A stretch of 64,000 bases of DNA. Source: an uncultured Verrucomicrobiae bacterium. GTDB lineage: Bacteria; Verrucomicrobiota; Verrucomicrobiia; Chthoniobacterales; UBA10450. Positions 19,509 through 30,962 of the stretch are shown in pieces. The stretch spans positions 451,313-515,312 of the forward strand of contig CAWIBO010000003.1 of the NCBI GenBank assembly GCA_963834385.1, read 5' to 3'. The number at the start of each line of letters is the position of its first letter. Within the stretch, counting starts at the first letter, position 1. Under the pieces are notes generated by a model. That model was not told where the DNA came from, did not search any database, and worked only from the letters and a program-made list of their open reading frames with translations. Both the position numbers and the translations under genes were made by a program.

Positions 19509-20966
19509 ATGGAGGAAGAAAATGAACTTATCGCCCAGCGCCGGGCCAAGCTGGAGGAATTGCAGGCCAGGGGCATTGCGCCCTTTGGCCGCGCCTTTGC
19601 CACCGACGGCGGCATGGCCGAGGTCCGCGCGCTTTTCGCCGAGGAGAAAGTGCTGCGCGCCGCGGGGCGGGTGACCGCGAAGCGCGACATGGGGAAAAGT
19701 CATTTCCTCGATATCTCCGACGCGACCGGCCGGATTCAGCTTTATTTGCAGGCGAAGGAAGTGGGCGAGGAGGCGATGGAGCTGTTCCGGCTGATCGACC
19801 TGGGTGACTTCATCGGCGTGGAGGGCGCCTGTTTCACGACCCGGACGGGCGAGCCGACGCTGAAGGTGACGTCGCTCGAGCTTCTGACCAAGACGCTGCG
19901 GCCGCTGCCGGAGAAATGGCATGGGCTGCAGGACGTGGAGACCCGTTACCGGCAGCGTTATTTGGACCTGGTCTCGAACGAGCATTCGCGCGGCATCTTC
20001 GAGAAACGGCTGCTCATGGTGCGCGAGATGAGGCAGTTTTTGCAGGAGCGCGGTTTTCTTGAGGTGGAAACGCCGATGTTGCAGGCGGTGGCGGGCGGGG
20101 CGGCGGCGGAGCCTTTCCGCACGCATCACAACGCCCTCAACCTCGAGCTTTACCTGCGCATCGCCCCGGAACTTTACCTGAAACGCCTGCTCGTGGGCGG
20201 GTTCAACAAGGTCTTCGAGCTGAACCGAAATTTTCGCAACGAAGGCATCTCGCGCCGGCACAACCCCGAGTTCACCATGCTGGAGGCCTACTGGGCCTAC
20301 GCTGATTTCGAGCAAATGGCGAACCTGGTCGAGGAAATGATCTGTCACCTCGCCGGGAAGGTGGCCGGTTCGCTCGCGCTGGAGCACCGGGATGCCGAGG
20401 GGAACCTGATCCGCACGATCAATCTGGCCCGGCCCTGGCGCCGGGTCCCCTACCGCGATCTGCTGCGCGAGGTTGACCCGAAGTGGTTCGATTATTCGAG
20501 CGAGGAAAGGCGGGCGCGCTGCGGCGAACTCGGCGTCCAGATTTCCCCGCAGATGGCCGACTACGAGGTTACGCAGCAGGTCTTTGAGAAGCTGGTGGAG
20601 GAGAAAACCTTCGATCCGCTCTTTGTGACCCATTGTCCGAAGGAGCTGGTGCCGCTGGCGAAACAGAACCCGGGCGACGATTCGTTGGTGGATGTCTACG
20701 AGCTGATCATCAACGGCCAGGAAATTTCGCCCGGCTATTCGGAACTGAATGATCCCATGACGCAGCGGCGCCGCCTGCTTGAGCAGGCCGGCGAGGAAAC
20801 GCAGCAACTGGACGAGGAGTTTTTGCTCGCGCTCGAGCACGGCATGCCGCCGGCGGGAGGTATCGGCATCGGGATCGACCGCCTGGCCATGCTCCTGACG
20901 GGGGCGGAATCCATCCGCGACGTGATTTTCTTCCCGCTCCTGAAACCAAAGCGGAACCAGGCGTGA
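19509..20966 (+). CDS. lysS: Lysine--tRNA ligase (class II)
   Basis: RYRQRYLDL, LRIAPELYLKRL, FRNEG, HNPEFT, GMPPAGGIGIGIDRL. Confidence 0.97.
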   Translation: MEEENELIAQRRAKLEELQARGIAPFGRAFATDGGMAEVRALFAEEKVLRAAGRVTAKRDMGKSHFLDISDATGRIQLYLQAKEVGEEAMELFRLIDLGDFIGVEGACFTTRTGEPTLKVTSLELLTKTLRPLPEKWHGLQDVETRYRQRYLDLVSNEHSRGIFEKRLLMVREMRQFLQERGFLEVETPMLQAVAGGAAAEPFRTHHNALNLELYLRIAPELYLKRLLVGGFNKVFELNRNFRNEGISRRHNPEFTMLEAYWAYADFEQMANLVEEMICHLAGKVAGSLALEHRDAEGNLIRTINLARPWRRVPYRDLLREVDPKWFDYSSEERRARCGELGVQISPQMADYEVTQQVFEKLVEEKTFDPLFVTHCPKELVPLAKQNPGDDSLVDVYELIINGQEISPGYSELNDPMTQRRRLLEQAGEETQQLDEEFLLALEHGMPPAGGIGIGIDRLAMLLTGAESIRDVIFFPLLKPKRNQA

Positions 20967-21826
20967 CCATGGAGGAACTACGCGATCACCAGGAGAGCGC
21001 GGCGGGCCGCCCGGGGGACCAGTTCGCCCAGCTCCGGAACGTGCCGTTGTTTGCCGGGCTCGATGACGAGGACGCGGGCGGGCTTTGCCGGCTCCTGCGC
21101 ATGCGGGACTATGAGAGCGGCGAGATGGTTTTTCGCACGGGCGATCCGGGCGATGCCATGTTCCTGGTCGAGCGGGGACGCATCCGGATCAGCGTGGTCG
21201 ACACGGAAGGGCACAACGTCACTCTGGCAGAGCTGCGTCCCGGCGAATTTTTCGGCGAGATGGCCATGCTCGACGGCAAGGGCCGCTCGGCCGATGCCAC
21301 GGTGGTGCAGGAGGCGCGCCTGGCCATCCTGACCCGCGCGGATTTTCTCGACTTTGTGCAGAGCGATTCCACCGTCGTCCTGGAGATGCTCGCGGCCATG
21401 ACCCACCGGCTCCGGCACACGCACGACATCCTGCGCCACCGGGTTTCGCGCAACGTGAACAAGGAAATGGCGGCGAACACCACCCTGGCCGATCGCGCCG
21501 CCGATCTCATCGCCACCTTTGGCGGGAGCTGGCGCTTCATCGGCTTTTCCATCGCCTTTGTCATCGTCTGGGCCCTGGTGAATACCTACGTGCTCAAGAA
21601 CGCCGGGCTTGATCCGTTCCCCTACATCCTTCTCAACCTCGTCCTCGGCATCATCGCCGGGCTCCAGGCTCCCATCATCATGATGTCGCAAAACCGGCAG
21701 GCGGAAAAAGACCGGCTCCGGGCCGACCTTGATTACCAGGTCAACCTGAAGAACGAACTGCTCCTGACCGAGATCCTGCGCCGGCTCGAGAAACAGGAAG
21801 CGCTCAGCGACCGTTCGATCGAATAG
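20963..21826 (+). CDS. cNMP-binding + DUF1003 membrane protein
   Basis: FFGEMAMLDGKGRSA cNMP motif; GSWRFI...DPFPYILLNL...PIIMMSQNRQ. Confidence 0.85.
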   Translation: MTMEELRDHQESAAGRPGDQFAQLRNVPLFAGLDDEDAGGLCRLLRMRDYESGEMVFRTGDPGDAMFLVERGRIRISVVDTEGHNVTLAELRPGEFFGEMAMLDGKGRSADATVVQEARLAILTRADFLDFVQSDSTVVLEMLAAMTHRLRHTHDILRHRVSRNVNKEMAANTTLADRAADLIATFGGSWRFIGFSIAFVIVWALVNTYVLKNAGLDPFPYILLNLVLGIIAGLQAPIIMMSQNRQAEKDRLRADLDYQVNLKNELLLTEILRRLEKQEALSDRSIE

Positions 21827-21827
21827 C

Positions 21828-22409
21828 TCAGACGAGGTCGCAGGCTTCCGCCGGCATCCAGTGCGCCGGTTTTCCCTCCCACTTCACGTTGCACCCGACC
21901 GGGTTCGTCACCGGCTGGCTGACCGGTTTGCCTTCGAGGTGCTCGCGCAGCGCCCGGGCCAGGTCGTGGGTGTTGGACTGCGCCGCCTGTCGCGGGTTGT
22001 CCACCGCGCGGCCGGTGTAAATGAGCCGCCGCTCCCGGTCGAAGACAAAAAAGTGCGGGGTGCGCAGGGCGCCGTAGGCCTGCGCCGTTTTCTGGGTGGC
22101 ATCGTGCAGGTAGACCCAGGGGAAACGGTGCTCCTTCATGCGCGCCACCATGTGGGGGAAATCGTCCTCCGCGTAGGTGTTCGGGCTGTTTGAGTTTATC
22201 CCGATGAACCGAACCCCGCGTGGACTGAACTCCTCCGCGAGCGCGCGAGTGTCCTCATCGGAGCCGGTCACATAGGGGCAGTGGTTGCAGGTAAAAAAGA
22301 TCACCAGGACCGGGTCCGCCTCGAAGTCGGACAGGGCATGCGGTTTGCCGTCGGTGCCTGGCAGGGTGAAAGCGGGGGCGGAGTCGCCCGGTTGAAGGGT
22401 AAAAGCCAT
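21828..22409 (-). CDS. Thioredoxin-like (AhpC/TSA/redoxin) protein
   Basis: [25 protein letters not shown]. Confidence 0.85.
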   Translation of the reverse strand: MAFTLQPGDSAPAFTLPGTDGKPHALSDFEADPVLVIFFTCNHCPYVTGSDEDTRALAEEFSPRGVRFIGINSNSPNTYAEDDFPHMVARMKEHRFPWVYLHDATQKTAQAYGALRTPHFFVFDRERRLIYTGRAVDNPRQAAQSNTHDLARALREHLEGKPVSQPVTNPVGCNVKWEGKPAHWMPAEACDLV

Positions 22410-22488
22410 GGGGAAGGGTGAGACAGGGAATGGCGGCATGCAAATCTCCCGCGTGCGCATCGGCCGGGGAATGCTACCGTGCAGCGTC

Positions 22489-22824
22489 ATGCAAAAGCCT
22501 GAAATCACTGCCTACCTCAAAACTCATTGTGGCTGGAGCGCCGGTGTCCGCGCCGTGCTCGCAAAGTACAATCTCCCCTTTACCGAGAAGGATATCATCC
22601 AGAACCCGGCTTTCCGCTGGGAAATGGAAACCAAAAGCGGCCAGCCTCTTTCCCCCTGCGTGGAAGTGAACGGCGAGATGCTGCCGGACATCAGCGGCGA
22701 GGAAGTGGAGCATTACCTGGTCGAGAAAGGGCTGATCCAGCCGAGCGACGCGGCCACCGCCGTCCCGACCAACGCCCCCTGTGCGACCGAAGAGCACGGG
22801 AGCGAGGTCAAGCTTCGCCTCTAG
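22489..22824 (+). CDS. Glutaredoxin-like protein (CGWS monothiol motif)
   Basis: [22 protein letters not shown]. Confidence 0.75.
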   Translation: MQKPEITAYLKTHCGWSAGVRAVLAKYNLPFTEKDIIQNPAFRWEMETKSGQPLSPCVEVNGEMLPDISGEEVEHYLVEKGLIQPSDAATAVPTNAPCATEEHGSEVKLRL

Positions 22825-22905
22825 TCCGTCCCCGCAGTCGCTCTTCCGTGTGATCCCGCCCCCGTGCCAGGAAGGGTTTGAACGCCGCCGGTTCGGCGCG
22901 TGCCG

Positions 22906-25092
22906 ATGAAACTGTTCGCCCGGACAAAAAAGCCCCGTGCCAAAGGCAAGGGCCGCCACCGGCTCTTCCGGTATGGCGCCATTTCTCTGGTCCTGATGAC
23001 GGTGGGCGGCGCCGGGGCGGCCGTCCTGGTCTTTTACGGCGCCTGGGCCCAGACCTTCGACATGCAGAAGCTCGGCGAGATGCCGGAGCGCAATACCGTC
23101 TTGGACGTGGACGGCCGGATTTACAGCCGCCTGGCCGGGGCCAACCGGCTCAAGGTGCCGCTGGAAAAAGTTTCCCCGTATTTCATCGACGCGCTCCTGG
23201 CGCGCGAGGACACCCGTTTTTACCGGCACCAGGGGGTCGATCTCCGCGGCATTGCGCGCGCCCTCGTGCGCAACATCCAGAGCGGGGCCACCCGCGAGGG
23301 CGGCAGCACCATCACCCAGCAGCTTGCCCGCAACAGCCTCCCGCTCGGCGGCCGCACGCTGCACCGCAAAATCCTCGAGGCGATGGTGGCCTGGCGGATC
23401 GAGCGCGAATATTCCAAGGCGAAGATCCTCGAGCTTTATGTGAACAGGATCTATTTCGGCTCCGGCTGTTACGGGGTCGAAACCGCCTCGCACGCCTATT
23501 TCGGCAAGGAATCATCCCAGCTCACCCTTTCGGAAGCGGGCGTCCTCGCCGGCCTGATCCGCAGCCCAAATCGTTTCTCGCCGTTGCGCAATCCCGAGGG
23601 CGCGGCCCAGCAGCGGAACGTGGTCCTCGAGCGCATGCTCGAGCTGGGCAAGATCTCCGCCGAACAGGCCCGCGCGGCCAGGGCGACCAAAGTAGTCTCC
23701 CGGCCGAACAAGCTCCCGATGATCCAGGAGAACTACGCCATGGACGCGGTCCAGCGTGACCTCAACCTGCTCATCAGCGAGGACCTGATCGACCAGGGCG
23801 GTCTGCAAATATATACGACGCTCGATCCCGTGGTGCAGAACGCCGCGACCGAGGCGCTGGAGGTCCATCTCTCCAAGATCGAGAAACAGTCCGGCTACAA
23901 ACACATGCGCAAAAAGGATTACCGGCCGCCGGAAGGGTCGGAGGATTCCTCCATGCCCTACCTCGAGGGGGCCGTGGTCGTGGTGGACAACGGGAGCGGC
24001 GGCATTCGCGCGCTCGTGGGCGGCCGCGATTTCGGCCAGAGCAAATTCAATCGCGCCCTTTCCCCAGCCAACCGACAGGTCGGGTCCGCTTTCAAGCCGT
24101 TCGTCTACGCCCTCGCTTTCAGCCATGGCCTGCTTCCCGGCGCCGCCATCAGCGACGACGCCATCGCCCCGGGCGAAATCGGCGGCGCGGGCAACTGGAG
24201 CCCGGGAAATTCCGATGGCCGGTTCAACGGCATCCAGCCGGCCTCCTACGGCCTCATCCATTCGCGCAACACCATGAGCGTGCGCGTGGGCCAGATCGCC
24301 GGCCTGCCTTATGTCAAAAAGATGGCGGAAACGCTCGGGCTCGGCCCCAATGTCCCGGAAGGCCCGGCCACCTTTATCGGATCCTTTGAGAGTAACCTGA
24401 AGGATCTGACCGCGGCCTTCACCATTTTCCCCAATGCCGGTGTCCGGCGTCAGTCCTACATCATTGAGCGGATTGACGACGCCAATAATCGTCCAATTTA
24501 CCGCGCGGCCCACCTGACTTTGCCGGTGGTCGATCCCGGCTCGGCCTGGATGACCTCGCAGATGATGGAAAAGGTGATGGAGAGCGGCACCGCCGCGGTC
24601 TCACGTTCGCTTGGGTTCAAGCTCCCGGCCGCCGGCAAGACCGGGACAACGAACGATTACAAGGACGCCTGGTTTGTCGGCTACACCAGCGCGCTCACCT
24701 GCGGCGTCTGGGTGGGGTTCGACCAGCCGGCCACGATCATGTCGCGCGGCTACGGCTCGGCCCTCGCCCTCCCGGTCTGGACCCAGACGATGTTGAAAAG
24801 TTCGAAGCGATATCCAGCCCGTGAATTCCAGGCGCCCGTGCCGATTTCGCGCGCTCTCGTCTGTTCCCTCTCCAACCAGCTTGCCACCGGCGGCTGCCGC
24901 GGAGCCGGCGCCGCCTACGAGGCGACCATTCCCTCGGACAAGGTGCCGCCCAGTCCCTGCCAGTTCCACGGGGGCGACGATTTCCAGTTTGCGCAGCAGC
25001 TTGATAACGTGGGCAACACGGTCAAGCGCGAGATGAAGGAAGCGCCGCGCCGTTTCTGGAAAAAATTCCGCGGCCTCTTCGGCGGAAACTAG
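22906..25092 (+). CDS. Penicillin-binding protein 1A family (transglycosylase/transpeptidase)
   Basis: EDTRFYRH, GGSTITQQL, SAFKP (SxxK), SRN, KTGTTN. Confidence 0.92.
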   Translation: MKLFARTKKPRAKGKGRHRLFRYGAISLVLMTVGGAGAAVLVFYGAWAQTFDMQKLGEMPERNTVLDVDGRIYSRLAGANRLKVPLEKVSPYFIDALLAREDTRFYRHQGVDLRGIARALVRNIQSGATREGGSTITQQLARNSLPLGGRTLHRKILEAMVAWRIEREYSKAKILELYVNRIYFGSGCYGVETASHAYFGKESSQLTLSEAGVLAGLIRSPNRFSPLRNPEGAAQQRNVVLERMLELGKISAEQARAARATKVVSRPNKLPMIQENYAMDAVQRDLNLLISEDLIDQGGLQIYTTLDPVVQNAATEALEVHLSKIEKQSGYKHMRKKDYRPPEGSEDSSMPYLEGAVVVVDNGSGGIRALVGGRDFGQSKFNRALSPANRQVGSAFKPFVYALAFSHGLLPGAAISDDAIAPGEIGGAGNWSPGNSDGRFNGIQPASYGLIHSRNTMSVRVGQIAGLPYVKKMAETLGLGPNVPEGPATFIGSFESNLKDLTAAFTIFPNAGVRRQSYIIERIDDANNRPIYRAAHLTLPVVDPGSAWMTSQMMEKVMESGTAAVSRSLGFKLPAAGKTGTTNDYKDAWFVGYTSALTCGVWVGFDQPATIMSRGYGSALALPVWTQTMLKSSKRYPAREFQAPVPISRALVCSLSNQLATGGCRGAGAAYEATIPSDKVPPSPCQFHGGDDFQFAQQLDNVGNTVKREMKEAPRRFWKKFRGLFGGN

Positions 25093-25095
25093 CGG

Positions 25096-26034
25096 TTACC
25101 GTCCAGCGGCGATGTGCCGGGCCATGGGGTAGAGCGCAGGGCAGCAGCCGATCGTTTCGCAGAAGGCCTTGCTGAAATGACTGAGGCTGTTGTAGCCCAC
25201 CTCGATGGCGGCCTCGCTCACATTATAGCGTCCGCTCCGGAGCAGTTCGGCCGCCCGTTCCATGCGCAGGTTGCGCAGGTATTGCGGAATGGTCAGGCCG
25301 GCTTCCCGGGAAAAAATCCGGCTCAGGTAAAAGGAGGAGCAGCCGACTTCCTGCCCGAGCGCCTCGAGCGAGGGGGGATGAACCAGATCCCGCGCCAGCA
25401 GTTCCTTGGTGCGCTCGACCCGGTCGCGCGCCACCCGCTTCTGGCGCATGCAGAAGAGTTCCGGGTCCTTGGGGGTGAAAAGAAAATGCGCCATCAGCTC
25501 GAGCGCCTTGCTCTGGTACCAGAGGCTCTGGGCCGCGCGCGCCACCGGGGGCTGGTTCAGGCTGGCGACCACGTCGCGCTGTTGCACGGTCATGGCCTGC
25601 GGGGCGGAAACCACCGCTGCGGCTTTCTCACCGAAGACGGCCGCGCGCATCTGCGTATCGAGGTCGCCCTCGTGCGCGGCGAGCTGGCGTTGCAGGTGTG
25701 GCCGCGAAAATTCCAGGGTGGCGAACTGATGCCGGTCGCGTCCCTGGCGCGATGCCTGGAGCGGTTCCTCGCGCACGGCGTAGTAGCCGGAAGTGCCGGG
25801 AACGTAGGCGCGATGCTGGCCGTTCCCGACCGCGCCGCGCCCGCTCAGGTTAAGGCAAAACTCCACGCTGTTCGGGTGAAAACTGCGGCCCCAGTCAAGC
25901 GGACGGCTGATCTGAAAATCGTGCCATTCCACGCTCACCCCGAGCTCGTCGAAGTTCCCGTAGAGCTCGCGCCAGCCGTGGGCGACGGCGCGCCACGCCC
26001 CCTGTTCGGGCTGGGTGGAAGCGGAATTTTGCAT
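25096..26034 (-). CDS. AraC-family transcriptional regulator (PchR-like)
   Basis: C-terminal PSLEALGQEVG...NVSEAAIEVGYNSLSHFSKAF. Confidence 0.9.
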   Translation of the reverse strand: MQNSASTQPEQGAWRAVAHGWRELYGNFDELGVSVEWHDFQISRPLDWGRSFHPNSVEFCLNLSGRGAVGNGQHRAYVPGTSGYYAVREEPLQASRQGRDRHQFATLEFSRPHLQRQLAAHEGDLDTQMRAAVFGEKAAAVVSAPQAMTVQQRDVVASLNQPPVARAAQSLWYQSKALELMAHFLFTPKDPELFCMRQKRVARDRVERTKELLARDLVHPPSLEALGQEVGCSSFYLSRIFSREAGLTIPQYLRNLRMERAAELLRSGRYNVSEAAIEVGYNSLSHFSKAFCETIGCCPALYPMARHIAAGR

Positions 26035-26093
26035 CCGCCGTTAATAAGGGTGGTGCGCCGTGGGCGCAAGCGCCAGGCCTCGCTCCGCGCCGA

Positions 26094-28348
26094 TCAGAAC
26101 TTGAGGGAGAACCCCGCGTAATAATTCCGGCCATACGCCGGATCGATCCCGGCATCGGTGATACGGGAATAATAGTCCTCGTCGAAAAGGTTGTTTATCC
26201 CGCGTTGATCGAGACGAAATCCTTGTAGATTTTTGCCTCCATGCTGAGATCGCAAACGGCATAGGCCGGCACCACCCGATTCGGGGTGTTTCCGTCATCG
26301 GCATACGATTCGCCGGAGAAGGTGCTCAGGAACGCCAGCTTCATCCGCTCCTTCCAGCGATAGACCAGCCCGGCCCGGACAAGGTAATCGGGCGCGTAGC
26401 GCGGCGTTTTTCCGTCCAGCGGTCCCCGCACGAATTCGGCGTCGAGCAGGGTCGCGTTCGCCAGCAGGCTGAGCGTGCCGAACCGGTCCGTCAGGGAAGG
26501 ATCGGGAGCGGCCACGTTTTTCCCCTTTGCCTCCGGCGGCGCCGGCGAGGAAGGGGCAACGCCGAAGAGAGCGTCGGCAAGCCCGATCAACTCGAGTTCC
26601 ATCGCCGTTTCCACCCCGCGATGCAGCGCCCGTCCGACATTGGCCACGGTGCTGCGGCCGCCCTCCAGCCCGAGGGTGCCAATCTGGTCGTCGAAATCCA
26701 TGATGAACCCGCTCACGTCCCAGGAAAACCAGAGGCGGGGGCTGCCGCGCAAACCGACTTCATATTGCAGCGCGCGGCTCTCGTTCAGGTCGTCCGGCAC
26801 CAACGCGGTGCCGCCGGTGGGCACGGCCTGGGTGAAAATCTTGGGCCGGTACGATTGCGAAACATTCCCGTAAAGCGCGACCCGTTTCGCCAGCTCCACC
26901 TCGGCGCCGATCCCGAAAAGCGGAACAATGTCGTGGATCTCCTCGTCGGCCAGCGGGGTGCCCGCGGCCTCCTTGTCCTTGTTGACCCGCTCATCCACTC
27001 CCTGCCAGATATTCTCGAGACGAAAGCCGGGGGTGAGCGAGAGCGGTCCCCAATGGAAACGGTTTTCCACGAAAACAGGCGCGTAAAAGATGCTGCGATC
27101 GGTGTCGCGGCGCAGTTCGCCGCCCCGCGCGGAAGAGGTCTGGCCGAGGCGATCCTGCCGCGGCGAATCGGTCCCGTAGATCTGGAAACCGCCGGCCAGG
27201 GTGTGTTCGCCGCCCCAGAGCGGATAATCGTGCCGCAGCCGCGCCTCGAAGCCGCCGGTGTAAAACTGCTGGTACTCGATCGAGGTGGTCTCCGCCGCCG
27301 GGCCGGCCGGGAGCCGCCCGAAGCCGCCGCCGCGCTGGCGGGAGCTGTAACGCGAGTAGTAATTGCCCCAGCCGGTGACGGTGAGTTTTGTGTCCGGCGA
27401 AAAATCGCGCTCCCAGGCGAGCGACCCGGCGTAACGATGCAGCTCGAAGACATCGAAAAAGCGCGTGGTCGCCCCGCGATCATCGTTGTAGTTCACGAAC
27501 CCGGGTCCCAGGGCAAAGGTAAGGCCGCCCGGTTCGCCATGGCTTTCCTCGTAACTGTCGAGCGAAAGGATCCAGCGACTGTCGGTCGTCGCGTCCAGAA
27601 CCAGCTTGATGTGGGCCGCCTTGAGGTCGACCGCGCTGTTGGCCTCGCGAAAACCATCGGTCTGCCGGTGATTAAAGTATCCGTAATAGCCGACGCGCTC
27701 GATCGTCCCGTCAAAGTGGGTAAAGCTCGAGTAATAGTCGTCGCTCCCGAAAATCTGGGTGGTCCCAAACGAAAACGGCCGGTCCTGCCGCGGGCGATGA
27801 GTCACGAAGTTGATCGCTCCGCCCGGCTGCGGGCCGAACATGAGGGCGGCGCCGCCGCGATAGAATTCGATGCGGTCGACCGTGTCGAGGGGCGGCGTGT
27901 AATAGGCCTCCGGGTAACCGAACTGGTCGGCATGGATCGGGATGCCATCTTTCAGGACCTGGGTGTACTGGACGCGTCCCGGATCGAGGCCGCGGTAGCC
28001 GATGCTCAGCAGCGGCGTGCTCTCTTCGCTCAGGTAGAGGCCCGGGGTCAGCATCAGGGCCTGCCGATAGTTGTTGCCGTTGATGCGCGGGAGAGTGTCG
28101 AGATCCAGCACCGTCGTTTTTTTCCCGGCGTTGATCTTTGTTCCCTGGACGGCAGGCAGGAACGGTCCCTGGATGGTCTCATCCGACTCGGCCTCGCCGT
28201 AGACGACCACCTGGTCGGAAATCAAACCCATGTTGATCGAGACAGCCTCCTGTGCGCTGCTCGTCACGGGCGAGTAAAGCGAAAGACCCAGTCCGCCGAG
28301 AAGGACGAGCCGGCGCCACCGGCGCCAGGAGCAAAAAACAGGATGCAT
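26094..28348 (-). CDS. TonB-dependent receptor (FecA-like); -1 frameshift near 26200
   Basis: Plug motif DRIEFYRGGAALMFGPQPGGAINF; the shifted frame supplies the canonical C-terminus INNLFDEDYY...GRNYYAGFSLKF*. Confidence 0.88.
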
Positions 28349-28435
28349 CGGGAAATCGTGACACCGGCCAGGCGGTCGCGCTCCCGCTGGTTTGCTATTT
28401 TTTAGCGGCAGATTGCGCAGGGGCCGCCCCGCCGA

Positions 28436-28795
28436 TTAATGCCGAAATCCGTGTTTGAGGACGAAGAATGTGGGTTGCAGCGGTGCCAGGGGTTCGCGCA
28501 ATTTGTCCACCTCCCCGGCCGGGCCGTGGATCTCGACGCGGGAGAGGTCGGAGATGGTCAGGATTTCCTTGATCAACGCGTCCACGCTTTGCAGATGGGC
28601 CAGCAGAGCAGCGGCATCCCGGTAGGCTTCCCGGCAATGCGCTTCGTCCCCGGCAAAGCTGAAGCCGTAAAAGAGGCAACCTTCTTCGGGCCGCGTTTTC
28701 TCAACGAATTTTTCGCAAAGGGCCTCGAAGGCGGCCTGCTGCCCGGGGTGAATCCGGAAGTAGGGCGCAATGCTGCAGGCGCGATCGTTTTCCAT
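28436..28795 (-). CDS. Dimeric alpha-beta barrel (ABM/quinol monooxygenase-like) protein
   Basis: PYFRIHPG...EEGCLFYGF...EAYRDAAALLAHL. Confidence 0.7.
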   Translation of the reverse strand: MENDRACSIAPYFRIHPGQQAAFEALCEKFVEKTRPEEGCLFYGFSFAGDEAHCREAYRDAAALLAHLQSVDALIKEILTISDLSRVEIHGPAGEVDKLREPLAPLQPTFFVLKHGFRH

Positions 28796-28827
28796 GCGGC
28801 AGTCTAGTCCCCGCCATGCGCGACCGG

Positions 28828-29361
28828 TCAAGCCGGCGGTGGAGTTGGCCAGCCGACCCCGGCGAGGCTGGAGTGTTCGGCTTCGCCCGACTGTTTCACC
28901 ACGCTGAAGGAACCGTCGGTCTCGAGCACCACCGCCTCCACCGTTTCCATGGCGCCATGTCCGGCGCCCCGAATGGCGGCTTTCACTTCCTCCTCCGTCA
29001 CCCGCGACTGGCGCAGCGCCTCGGGCAGACATTTCCCGCGATGAAACAGGAGGACCGGCTCGCCGGTGATGACCTTGCGCACCCAGGTTGTCCGGACACT
29101 CGACCAGGTCACCAGATATTGGAGGCCAATCAGCAGGGCAAAGGCGAGCAGACCCTGGAGCAGGCTTACGTCCTTGCTCAGGATGATGTTGGCCAGGGAG
29201 GAGCCGAGCGCGACGGTCACGAGCAGGTCAAAGGCGTTCATCTTCGAGAGGGTGCGTTTGCCCGAGATGCGGAGAAACGCGATCAGCCCGAAATAGGCCA
29301 CCACGCCGATGATGCAGGTGCGAAGCACCACCATCCAGTTGTCGAAAAACAGATGTGTCAT
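28828..29361 (-). CDS. DUF421/YetF membrane protein
   Basis: RISGKRTLSKMNAFD, VVLETDGSFSV. Confidence 0.85.
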   Translation of the reverse strand: MTHLFFDNWMVVLRTCIIGVVAYFGLIAFLRISGKRTLSKMNAFDLLVTVALGSSLANIILSKDVSLLQGLLAFALLIGLQYLVTWSSVRTTWVRKVITGEPVLLFHRGKCLPEALRQSRVTEEEVKAAIRGAGHGAMETVEAVVLETDGSFSVVKQSGEAEHSSLAGVGWPTPPPA

Positions 29362-29377
29362 GGGTTTCTCTCCTTGC

Positions 29378-29818
29378 TCAGGGACGGGCCTCGCGCCGGG
29401 CTTCTTCCTGCCGCATTGGCATGCTGTCGATCAGGCGCAGGAAGGCCGGGAGATCAAGGCGGCCGCGTTGCCGCGCTTTTTCACCGCCATCTTTCCCGAC
29501 CAGGACGAAGCTCGATCCTTCCGCGTCCAGTTTGAAGGCCTCGCGCGCCGCCGCGACCACGGCCGGCGAGGGGCGCTCCGTTCCGGGGGTGGACTCTTCT
29601 CCCGCGGAAAGATCGAGCACGACCACGTCGCGTTCGCGCAGCCGGGCCGTCGCTTCCGTCAGCATCTTCGCCGTCTTCACGCGATCCGGCGCGCCCGCGA
29701 GGGAAACGAGGATGAGCCGGTTCTTCCAGCGATGGGAATCGAGCGGCCCGGCCATGGTGGAGGCAACCATCGCAGAAAGGATCCCGAGGGCGACGGCGAA
29801 ACGGGCGACGCGGCGCAT
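29378..29818 (-). CDS. DUF4174-like exported protein
   Basis: RWKNRLIL, VLVGKDGGEK, IDSMPMRQEE. Confidence 0.8.
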   Translation of the reverse strand: MRRVARFAVALGILSAMVASTMAGPLDSHRWKNRLILVSLAGAPDRVKTAKMLTEATARLRERDVVVLDLSAGEESTPGTERPSPAVVAAAREAFKLDAEGSSFVLVGKDGGEKARQRGRLDLPAFLRLIDSMPMRQEEARREARP

Positions 29819-29909
29819 GGAGCAGCCTACGCCAGCCGGTGCCATCCTCAATGTGTGGGCGCGCAATGTCATAAGGCCGACAGGGGATCGCTCCTGCGAA
29901 TACTCAGGG

Positions 29910-30953
29910 ATGGGTGAATCGGCCGACCAACTTTCGCAGCGAACCGAGGTGCGCGAAGCCCTCGCGCAGGCCAGCGGACCGGCAAGGAAAGTGGAGGCGC
30001 CGGCGCGGGAGAAGCTTTGGTTCACCACGTTTTTGCTCGGCCTCGCGGGGGCCGTCATTCTCCATTATCTCCTGGGCGCGGGATTTCTCCCCCTGGCGGA
30101 AACGCACGTGCAACTGGCGCGCCGCCTCACGGTCGGCGCGGCCATCCTGATCCTCCTTTTTGCCCTCGGCAAAGCCATCACCGTCTATGGCCTCGGCCGG
30201 GTCGAGGATGCCTCGACCCGGTTCACCCTGAAACGGGTGACCCATTTCGTCCTCGGTCTGCTGGTCGCGCTCGTTATTCTCTCGGTGCTTTTCGTCAACT
30301 GGCACGCCGCCCTGATCTCCGTCGGCGTGCTTTCCGTGATCCTGGGCCTGGCCGTGCAAACGCCCATGACCAGCCTGATCGGCTGGATTTACATCCTGAC
30401 CCGGCGTCCCTATCGCGTGGGCGACCGTATCCGGATCGATAACGCCACCGGGGACGTGATCGACGTCAGTTATCTCGACACCACCCTGTGGGAATTTGGG
30501 GGCGATTTTCTTTCCACCGATCATCCGAGCGGCCGGATCATCAAGTTTCCCAACTCGAAGGTACTCGACTCAGTGGTCTTCAACTATTCGTGGCCGCTCT
30601 TTCCGTATATCTGGGACGAGATCAAGTTCCAGGTCGCTTACCAAAGCGATCTCGAGTTCATCGCGCAGACCATGCAGCGCATCGTGGAGGAGGAGCTGGG
30701 GGCGGAGATGGTGCAACGGGTCGAGGTCTACCGTGAGCTTTTGGCCCGCACACCGGTGGACGAACTCGAGGTGCGGGCGCACCCGCGCGTCCTTTTCCGG
30801 GTGAACGAGGTCACCTGGCTGGATGCGATTGTGCGGTTTCTCGCGCCCACGCGCGAAGCGGGCGCCATCAAAAGCCGGTTGATCCCGAAGCTGCTCGCGG
30901 CGCTGAATGCCGCGCCGGACAAGGTCATGTTCCCGGCAGGCGCGTCGCGCTGA
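29910..30953 (+). CDS. Small-conductance mechanosensitive channel (MscS family)
   Basis: TM helices followed by RPYRVGDRIRI...GDVIDV...FPNSKV. Confidence 0.85.
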   Translation: MGESADQLSQRTEVREALAQASGPARKVEAPAREKLWFTTFLLGLAGAVILHYLLGAGFLPLAETHVQLARRLTVGAAILILLFALGKAITVYGLGRVEDASTRFTLKRVTHFVLGLLVALVILSVLFVNWHAALISVGVLSVILGLAVQTPMTSLIGWIYILTRRPYRVGDRIRIDNATGDVIDVSYLDTTLWEFGGDFLSTDHPSGRIIKFPNSKVLDSVVFNYSWPLFPYIWDEIKFQVAYQSDLEFIAQTMQRIVEEELGAEMVQRVEVYRELLARTPVDELEVRAHPRVLFRVNEVTWLDAIVRFLAPTREAGAIKSRLIPKLLAALNAAPDKVMFPAGASR

Positions 30954-30962
30954 GACCGGGAC

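Noticed and set aside
18900..20840. 646-aa minus-strand ORF and other long antisense ORFs (e.g. 26621-28405, 32018-33922, 34662-36488, 47349-49586)
   Set aside because: They are shadow frames of well-supported genes in high-GC DNA; only the last 156 aa of 18900-20840 (the ACT protein) looks real.
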